From an uncultured Thermoleophilia bacterium (GTDB taxonomy: Bacteria; Actinomycetota; Thermoleophilia; UBA2241), in contig CAVVGY010000005.1 in the NCBI GenBank assembly GCA_963747935.1, forward strand, positions 197,620-261,619: a stretch of 64,000 nt of DNA, written 5' to 3'. A program made the position numbers and the translations under genes. The notes under the pieces were generated by a model. That model made no database searches. It saw nothing but the letters and a program-made list of their open reading frames with translations, and had not been told where the DNA came from. Below are positions 57,183-64,000 of this stretch, in pieces. Each line of letters opens with the position of its first letter. The stretch's first letter is position 1.

Positions 57183-58634
57183 ATGCGTGCCCACATGACC
57201 TGGCTGGACGAGGCCGAGAAGCGGTCGTTCGTCGACGAGGCGCTGGGGATCCTCGAGCGCGTGGGCGTCGAGCTCAAGGGGTCGGCGGCGCTGCCCGTCC
57301 TCGCCGACCTCGGGGCGGACGTCGACTTCTCCACCGGGGTCGTCCGCCTGCCGGCCGAGCTTGTACGGGACACCGTCGAGGCCTGCCCGCGCCGGGTGCT
57401 CTTCGCCGGCGCGTCGCCCGAGTACGACGTGGTACTGGACGACGGGGAGCCGGCACACTTCTGCTCCTCCGGCTGCGCCGCGTTCGTGCTCGACCACGAG
57501 ACCGGCGTCCGGCGTCCCTCCACGCTCACCGACCTTCAGTCGGCCACGATCCTGCTGGACGAGGTGCCCGAGGTCGACGTCATGTGGACCACCATCACGG
57601 CCGGCGACGTGCCCGTGGAGGTCCGCGAGCTGGTCGTCTGCTACGTGGTGCTCACCGAGGCGCGCAAGCACGTGACCCTGGTCGACAGCCCGTCGCAGGC
57701 CGAGCCGCTGCTGCGCATCATGGACATCGTCTCCGGCGACGCGGAGGCCTTCCGCGCGCGGCCGCGGTTCAGCACGCTGCTCACCGCGGCGTCCCCGCTG
57801 CGCATCGACGGCCCGCTGCTCGACTTCCACGCGGTCACGGCCGGTCGCGGGGCGCCGGTGGAGGTCTACACGGTACCCATGGCCGGCGCCACCTCGCCGG
57901 TGACGCTCGCGGGCACCATCGTCCAGGGGCTCGCGGAGTTCCTCGGCGTCGCCACCGCGCTGCGCGCGCTCGCCCCGGAGGCGCGCGTCGTCATGGGCGT
58001 GTCCGGCTCGACCATGGACATGCGCTCCGCCGGCGTCTCGTACGCTTCGCCGGAGTGCACGCTGATGAACGTCGCCTGCGTGGAGCTCGCGCACCACCTC
58101 GGCGTGCCGGCGGCGGTGCCCGGCCTCGCCACCGACGCCAAGTACGCCGGCCTGCAGGCGGGCTACGAGAAGGCGCTCAAGGGTCTCGCGACGGCCGGCG
58201 TGGGCGCCGACGTGCTCAGCGGCGGCGTCGGCATGATCGACTCGGTGAACACGCTGTTCCTGCCGCAGATCGTGCTGGACGCGGAGGTGGTGGGCATGAT
58301 CCGCCGCATCCTGGGCGACGTGGACACGAGCCCCGAGGCGATGCTGGCGGACATGATCGCGCGGGTCGGCATCGGCGGCGACTTCCTCAAAGAGAAGGAG
58401 ACCGCCAGGCGGCTGCGCGCGGGCGAGCACTTCTCGCCGGCGATCTCGTCGCGCCAGGCCTACGACCAGTGGGTCGCGGACGGGCGCGACGAGGTGGCCC
58501 GCGCCCGGGAGCGCATGGATGCGCTCTTCGCGGCGCGGGCGGAGCGGGGCCGCCCGCTCGGCGACGAGCAGCGGGCGGAGCTCGCGCGCGTCTGCGGCGT
58601 CACGCCGGAGATGGCGCGCGCCCTCGGCGACTGA
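57183..58634 (+). CDS. MttB-superfamily methyltransferase without pyrrolysine, second paralog
   Basis: 483 aa. Pyl-equivalent column reads PG-L-ATDAKYAGLQAGYEKAL. Confidence 0.85.
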   Translation: MRAHMTWLDEAEKRSFVDEALGILERVGVELKGSAALPVLADLGADVDFSTGVVRLPAELVRDTVEACPRRVLFAGASPEYDVVLDDGEPAHFCSSGCAAFVLDHETGVRRPSTLTDLQSATILLDEVPEVDVMWTTITAGDVPVEVRELVVCYVVLTEARKHVTLVDSPSQAEPLLRIMDIVSGDAEAFRARPRFSTLLTAASPLRIDGPLLDFHAVTAGRGAPVEVYTVPMAGATSPVTLAGTIVQGLAEFLGVATALRALAPEARVVMGVSGSTMDMRSAGVSYASPECTLMNVACVELAHHLGVPAAVPGLATDAKYAGLQAGYEKALKGLATAGVGADVLSGGVGMIDSVNTLFLPQIVLDAEVVGMIRRILGDVDTSPEAMLADMIARVGIGGDFLKEKETARRLRAGEHFSPAISSRQAYDQWVADGRDEVARARERMDALFAARAERGRPLGDEQRAELARVCGVTPEMARALGD

Positions 58635-58702
58635 CCACGAGGCGCCGCCGGCGCCGCTGCGGCGGTCCGGGCGGCGGCGCCCCGGCATGAACGCGAGCGC
58701 TG

Positions 58703-58731
58703 TTGACACCCGGGCGGGCAGCACTTAAGTT
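58703..58731 (+). promoter_or_regulatory. Candidate promoter TTGACA-N17-TAAGTT of the aminotransferase operon
   Basis: Hexamers at 58703-58708 and 58726-58731. The operator starts at the next base. Confidence 0.55.
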
Positions 58732-58745
58732 TCCACCTGGGTGGA
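58732..58745. promoter_or_regulatory. Operator palindrome TCCACC-TG-GGTGGA, site 5
   Basis: Abuts the -10 element, the same layout as site 3. Confidence 0.65.
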
Positions 58746-58766
58746 TACCGGAGGAGAGGAAGGACC

Positions 58767-60155
58767 ATGGCAGATCAGGGACAGGCGCCGGCCGACGGGG
58801 TCAAGGAGGAGTTCCTCGAGCAACACCTCTGGCCGCCGTTCACGCAGATGCAGGGCCTCAAGCCCGTCGTCATGGAGCGCGCCGAGGGCGCGCTCGTGTG
58901 GGACAGCGACGGCAACGAGTACATCGACGCCTTCGCCAGCCTGTGGACCGTCAACGTCGGCCACGGGCGCAAGGAGATCCACGACGCGATCAACGCGCAG
59001 ATGGAGAAGCTCTCCATCTACCACATCTTCCAGATCGCCAACGAGCCGGCGGTCAAGCTGGCGAACAAGGTCGCGGCGCTGGCGCCGGGCGACCTGGACC
59101 ACGTGTTCCTCACGCTCGGCGGGGGAGAGTCGGTCGAGACCGCCGTCAAGATGGCGCGCCAGTACTGGCGCAACAAGGGCAAGGGCACCAAGTACATGGT
59201 CATGTTCCGCGAGCGCTCGTACCACGGCACGACCATGACCAGCACCAGCGCCCAGGGTCTCACCGTCAACCGCGCCAAGTTCGAGCCGCTGCTGCCCGGG
59301 TTCATCAAGCTCGGCGCGCCCTACTGCTACCAGTGCGCCTGGAACAAGACCTACGGCGAAGACTGCAGGATGGAGTGCGCCACGCAGGTCGAGCACGAGA
59401 TCGACTTCTACGGCGCCGAGAACGTCGGCACCCTGCTCGGCGAGACGATGATCGGCACCGGCGGCGTGATCCCGCCGCCGCCCGAGTACTGGCCGATGGT
59501 CAACGAGATCTGCAAGGCCAAGGACGTGCTCGTCATCAACGACGAGGTCATCACCGGCTTCGGGCGCAGCGGCACCTGGTTCGGCTTCGAGCAGTTCGGC
59601 TCGGACCCCGACCTCGTCACCTGCGCCAAGGGCCTCTCGTCCGGCTACCTGCCGCTCGGCGCCGTGATCGCCAAGAAGCACGTGTTCGAGGCGTTCCTCG
59701 GCGGCCCCGGCGAGGCGTTCATGAGCGGGGCCACCTACATGGGCCACCCGCTGTGCTGCGCGGCCGGCCTCGCCAACCTCGAGATCGTCGAGCGCGAGAA
59801 GCTGGTCGAGCGCTGCGCCGAGCTGGGCCCGTACCTGCAGGACGGCCTGCAGACGCTGCTCAAGCACCCGATCGTCGGCGACGTGCGCGGCGTGGGGCTG
59901 GTCTCCGGCATCGAGTACGTCAAGGACAAGGAGACGCACGAGTGGTTCGCGCCGGCGCAGGGCGTCGCGGCCAAGATCCGCGACGAGGCGTTCAAGCGCG
60001 GCGTGTTCGTGCGGCTGCTCGGCGGCGGCCACGTGCACGCGGTCGCGCCGCCGTTCATCATCAGCAAGGAGCAGATCGACACGGTCGTCGCGCGTCCTGG
60101 ACGAGTCGATCGGAGTCGTCGAGAAGGAACTGGGCTACTGACAATCAGGAGCTGA
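58767..60155 (+). CDS. Class III (omega) PLP aminotransferase; last ~15 codons shifted by an extra base at 60093
   Basis: ..LWTVNVGHG..., DEVITGFGRSG, PLP-Lys motif TCAKGLSSGY. The expected C-terminus VLDESIGVVEKELGY-TGA (60139-60141) is in the +1 frame. Confidence 0.85.
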   Translation: MADQGQAPADGVKEEFLEQHLWPPFTQMQGLKPVVMERAEGALVWDSDGNEYIDAFASLWTVNVGHGRKEIHDAINAQMEKLSIYHIFQIANEPAVKLANKVAALAPGDLDHVFLTLGGGESVETAVKMARQYWRNKGKGTKYMVMFRERSYHGTTMTSTSAQGLTVNRAKFEPLLPGFIKLGAPYCYQCAWNKTYGEDCRMECATQVEHEIDFYGAENVGTLLGETMIGTGGVIPPPPEYWPMVNEICKAKDVLVINDEVITGFGRSGTWFGFEQFGSDPDLVTCAKGLSSGYLPLGAVIAKKHVFEAFLGGPGEAFMSGATYMGHPLCCAAGLANLEIVEREKLVERCAELGPYLQDGLQTLLKHPIVGDVRGVGLVSGIEYVKDKETHEWFAPAQGVAAKIRDEAFKRGVFVRLLGGGHVHAVAPPFIISKEQIDTVVARPGRVDRSRREGTGLLTIRS

Positions 60156-60157
60156 AC

Positions 60158-61198
60158 ATGAGCAAGCCAAGAGTGGGAGTCGTGGGGTACGGCGTCATCG
60201 GCCAGCGACTCGCCGACGGCGTGGCGCTGCAGGGGGACATGGAGCTGGTGGGCGTCGTCGACGTCGCGCCGACGCTCTCGACGCGCGCGCTGTGCGAGTC
60301 CGGCATGCCGTACGACCTGTACGTCGTCGAGGCCGGCCAGAAGGCCGCGTTCGACGCCGTCGGCATCCCGGTCACCGGCACCATGGACGAACTGCTCGGC
60401 AAGGTCGACATCGTGCTCGACTCGTCGCCCGGCGGCGTCGGCCGCAAGAACAAGGAGCTCTACCAGGCCAAGGGCGTCAAGGCCGTGTTCCAGGGCGGCG
60501 AGAAGAACGACATCGTCGACGTGTTCTTCCACGGCTACGCCAACTACGAGAAGGGCGTCGGCAAGGACTACCTCAAGCTGACGAGCTGCAACACCACCGG
60601 CCTCATCCGCGCCGTGGACTGCCTCGACCGCGAGGTCGGCGTGGAGCGCGTCATCGTCACCATCGTGCGCCGCGTCGCCGACCCCGGCGACACGCACCGC
60701 GGGCTCGTGGACGTGGCCCAGGTCGAGCCCGTCCCGAACCACCAGGCCGTCGACCTCATGACGATCATGCCGCACATCGAGGCCACCGGCCTGCTCGTGC
60801 ACGTGCCCACCACGCACGGCCACATCATCAACGTCATCGCCACCACCAAGGGCGACATCAGCAAGGAGCGGGCGCTCGAGCTCTTCGAGGCGCACCCGCG
60901 CATCCGCAACGTCAAGATCGCCGACGGCTTCAACAGCAACTCGGCGCTGTTCCGCTACGCGCGCGACCTCGGCAACAAGCGCGCCGACATGTACGACATC
61001 GCCGTGTTCGACGAGACCATCGCCAAGAGCGGCCGCGAGTTCATGTTCGCGATCAACATCCCGCAGGAGTCGGTGGTGATCCCCGAGACCATGGACGCCG
61101 TCCGCGCGGCGCTCAGCATGCAGACCGACCGCCTCGAGGCCGTCGGGCTGACCAACCAGTACCTCGGCCTGAGCGCGCCGGTCGCCGCCAACGCCTGA
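60158..61198 (+). CDS. gap: Type II (archaeal-type) phosphorylating glyceraldehyde-3-phosphate dehydrogenase homolog
   Basis: ATG 60158 after CAGGAG. VGVVGYGVIGQR Rossmann motif and active-site SCNTTGL. Overall archaeal Gap layout. Confidence 0.8.
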   Translation: MSKPRVGVVGYGVIGQRLADGVALQGDMELVGVVDVAPTLSTRALCESGMPYDLYVVEAGQKAAFDAVGIPVTGTMDELLGKVDIVLDSSPGGVGRKNKELYQAKGVKAVFQGGEKNDIVDVFFHGYANYEKGVGKDYLKLTSCNTTGLIRAVDCLDREVGVERVIVTIVRRVADPGDTHRGLVDVAQVEPVPNHQAVDLMTIMPHIEATGLLVHVPTTHGHIINVIATTKGDISKERALELFEAHPRIRNVKIADGFNSNSALFRYARDLGNKRADMYDIAVFDETIAKSGREFMFAINIPQESVVIPETMDAVRAALSMQTDRLEAVGLTNQYLGLSAPVAANA

Positions 61199-61226
61199 CG
61201 CGCGGCGGCGGGGAGGGGGTCGCGCG

Positions 61227-62502
61227 ATGAAGTACGGCATCAACACGCTCGACGACTTCGAGTGGGGCGGCAAGACGGTCCTGTGCCGCGTGGACATCAA
61301 CGCGCCGCTCGACAAGGAGACCGGCGGGCTGCGCGACATCACGCGGCTCAAGGGGTGCGCGCCGACCGTCCGCGAGCTCGCGGAGGCGGGCGCGCAGAGT
61401 CGTGCTGCTCGCCCACCAGGGCGGCGACCTCGAGTACCACAACTACGCGTCGACGGAGCCGCACGCGGCCGTGATGAGCGAGCTGACCGGCCGGCCCGTG
61501 AGCTTCATCGACGACGTCTGCGGGCCGGCCGCGCGCGACGCGGTCGGCCGGCTCGCGGACGGCGACGTGCTGCTGCTCGACAACGTGCGCTTCTGCGGCG
61601 AGGAGCTCACGCTGTTCGAGCGCAAGCTGGACCTCTCGCCCGAGGACCAGGCCAAGACCCTCGTGGTGCGCAAGCTGGCGCCGCTCGCCGACCTCTACGT
61701 GTGCGACGCGTTCGCCGCCGCGCACCGCTCGCAGCCCACGCTGGTCGGGTTCGAGCAACTGCTGCCGTCGGCAATGGGCCGGCTGTTCGAGCGCGAGTAC
61801 GCCAACCTGGCGCGCCTGCGCGAGGAGCCGGCGCGCCCGTGCGTGTTCATCCTCGGCGGCACCAAGATCCAGGAGGCGTTCCCGATGATGGCCGCCGCTC
61901 TGGCCGACGGCGTCGTGGACACCGTGCTCACCGCCGGTCTGGTCGCCAACGTCATGCTGGCGGCGAGCGGCGTGGACATCGGCGAGCCCTCGCTGGAGTT
62001 CATCAGGGCGAGCCAGCTCGAGAGCTACATCGAGGAGTCCAGGGCCATCCTCGCCGAAGCACGGCGACAAGATCGTGCTGCCGCCGGACGTGGCGGTCGT
62101 GCGCGGCGGGGAGCGGGTCGAGGTGGCGACGGCCGACCTGCCGGTCGGCGAGCAGATCGTCGACCTCGGGCACGCGCGCCGTCGACGCGTACCGCACGGC
62201 GATCGCCGGCGCCGGCACGGTGTTCGTCAACGGCCCGGCCGGCGTGTTCGAGCAGCCCGAGACCGAGTACGGCACGCGCGCGCTGTGGGAGGCGATGGCC
62301 GCGACCGGCGGGTTCAGCGCCCTGGGCGGCGGCGACAGCGTGACCGCCATGAACCGCTTCGGACTCGCCGACCGGTTCGACTACGTGTGCACGGCCGGCG
62401 GCGCCATGGTCCAGTTCCTCTCCGGCAAGCCGATGCCGGTCATCGAGGCGCTCAAGGCGTCCGCGGCGCGGTTCGGCTGGCGGGGTGCGGACGGCGACGT
62501 GA
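61227..62502 (+). pseudogene. pgk: Phosphoglycerate kinase homolog, three frameshifts (61395, 62059, 62180); stop unresolved
   Basis: VDINAPLD | VVLLAHQGG..LLDNVRF..DAFAAAHRSQ..ILGGTKIQ | HGDKIVLPPDVAV..VDLG | VDAY..VFVNGPAGVFE..GGGDSV..TAGGAMVQFL. A TGA at 62500-62502 overlaps the GTG of the next gene but is in another frame. Confidence 0.8.
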
Positions 62503-63771
62503 ACGTCTCCATCCCCTACGGCGAAGGAGTGCTCGAGGCCGTCCTGCCGGACGGCCTCGACGTCACCGTGGTCGGCCCGGGCTGCGGGCTCGGCGAGGAG
62601 GCGCCGCCTCCGGCGGCGCCCTCCGCCGAGGACGAGCAGGCCGAGATCCGGCGTGCCCTGGCGGAGCCCATCGGCACGCCGCGCCTCTCCGAGCTCGCCG
62701 CTCGGGCGAGCAAGGCCGCCATCGTCGTCAGCGACATCACGCGGCCCTGCCCGACGTACCGGTTCCTGCCCGCCCTGCTCGACGAGCTCGGCGCGCTGGC
62801 GCCGGAGGACGTCAGCATCCTGTTCGCGCTCGGCGGCCACCGCGGCCACACGCCCGAGGAGCAGGTGCGGCTGGTCGGGCGAGGAGGTGGTGGCGCGCGG
62901 CGTGCGCCTCGTCGACCTCGACGCGTCGCGCTGCGTCCCCGTGGGGACGACCACCCGGGGCACGCGCCTCGAGGTGTTCGAGGAGTACCTCGACGCCGAC
63001 CTGCGCATCTGCACCGGCAACATCGAGTACCACTACTTCGCCGGGTTCAGCGGAGGGGCCAAGGCGGTCGTGCCCGGCCTGTGCTCGTACGCGGCGATCC
63101 GCGACAACCACAGCATGATGCTCGCGCCGACCGCCCGGGCCGGCATCATCGACGGCAACCCGGTGCGCGAGGACATCGACGAGGCCGGCGGGCTGATCGG
63201 CGTCGACTTCATCTTCAACGTGCTGCTCGACGAGCAGAAGCGCATCTTCCACGCCGTCGCCGGGCACTACCTGGAGGCGCACCGCGCCGGTTGCGAGGCC
63301 TACGACCGGCGCTGCGACCTGCGCGTGCCCACCGCCGCGGACGTCGTCATCGCCTCGCCGGGCGGGCGCCCCAAGGACATCAACCTGTACCAGGCGCAGA
63401 AGACGCTCGACAACGTCGGCGGCGCGGTCAGGGACGGCGGCGTCATCGTCCTGGTGGCGCGCTGCGGCGAAGGCTTCGGCCAGAAGGTCTTCGAGGAGTG
63501 GATGACCGGCATGGGGAGCCCGCAGGTGCTCATCGACCGCATCCAGCGCGAGTTCGTGCTCGGCGGCCACAAGGCGGCCGCCGTCGCCGGCCTGCTCGCG
63601 CGGGCGGACGTCTACCTCGTCTCGGACTTCCCCGACGAAGTGGTGCGCAGCATGTGCATGACCCCGTTCGCGACCGTCGACGCGGCGGTCGCGTCGGCGC
63701 TCGAGCGGGCCGGCGACGGCGCGAGCTGCCTCGTCGTGCCCCACGGAAGCCGTGTGACGGCCGGTTCCTGA
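62499..63771 (+). pseudogene. LarA-family (nickel-pincer cofactor) 2-hydroxyacid racemase/epimerase homolog, frameshifted at 62880
   Basis: VNVSIPYGEGVLEAVLPDG..IVVSDITRPCP..GGHRGHTPEEQVRLVG | EEVVARGVRLVDLD..GNIEYHYFAGFSGGAKAVVPG..NPVRED.. The GGAK Lys and the His-rich motifs of LarA are present. Confidence 0.8.
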
Positions 63772-63919
63772 CCTCCGTCCCGGGTGCGCCCCCCTCGCGC
63801 CCGGGTGCCGGCCGGATGATGGGCGCGGGGTGGCCGTGAAGTCGCCCCGCGCCTCTCGTCGCCGGCTCCGCACGACTGCCCGGGCCACGGGCAGTGGCCT
63901 TCAGGCGCCCTCTGCGAGT

Positions 63920-63991
63920 GGATAGCCGCCGGCTATCCATCCCGCGCTCATGTTGCCCGACGGTCGCGATCCGGATAGCCGCCGGCTATCC
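63920..63991. repeat. Pair of perfect 19-bp palindromes GGATAGCCGCCGGCTATCC spaced 53 bp start to start
   Basis: Motifs at 63920-63938 and 63973-63991. Same element as 45264-45335, and both copies end ..GG(G/T)(A/G)ACAGA. Confidence 0.7.
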
Positions 63992-64000
63992 GGTGACAGA

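Noticed and set aside
58703-61198. 831-aa ORF fusing an N-terminal extension to the Gap homolog
   Set aside because: Only the last 346 codons (from ATG 60158, with its own RBS) look like a protein. The upstream part is an out-of-frame read through the aminotransferase gene.
61227-63839. 870-aa ORF suggesting a PGK-LarA fusion protein
   Set aside because: It is mostly out of frame with both genes. The in-frame junction between the PGK C-terminus and the LarA N-terminus (62400-62500) lacks a stop. However, a GTGA start/stop overlap at 62499-62502 and the many nearby single-base insertions make an artefact more likely than a true fusion.
1-64000. CRISPR arrays, transposases, integrases, prophage genes, rRNA
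   Set aside because: None was seen. The only repeats are the short palindromic elements reported above, and the only stable RNA gene found is tRNA-Arg.

Overview
Very GC-rich bacterial chromosome segment (G/C at almost every third codon position; not computed). Gene order looks actinobacterial: ftsE-ftsX-M23 peptidase-ctpA-rnr-smpB, and murI-queT-rph-rdgB. This taxonomic call is an inference. Most of the window is housekeeping and transport genes, and I saw no transposase, integrase, phage gene or CRISPR array. Four things stand out. (1) A corrinoid methyltransferase operon (39965-45064) encodes a dimethylamine methyltransferase MtbB and a trimethylamine methyltransferase MttB. Each is interrupted by one in-frame TAG at the position where archaeal homologs carry pyrrolysine. 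The operon also holds a B12-binding protein and a non-Pyl MttB paralog. No pylTSBCD genes are visible in the window. (2) A CCACC-N2-GGTGG palindrome occurs five times, always in promoter regions. It links a TetR gene, the mtbB operon, an Opp-type ABC importer plus a second non-Pyl MttB paralog, and an aminotransferase / archaeal-type GAPDH / PGK / LarA-like operon. This suggests one regulon for catabolism of a methylated amine. (3) An M-box (Mg2+) riboswitch precedes a soluble MgtE-N/CBS protein and two tandem NRAMP-related transporters with non-canonical metal-site motifs. (4) At least 14 genes are broken by what looks like a single inserted C or G. That pattern fits consensus errors better than decay. 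Many very long ORFs in the supplied track are high-GC artefacts lying over recognisable genes.
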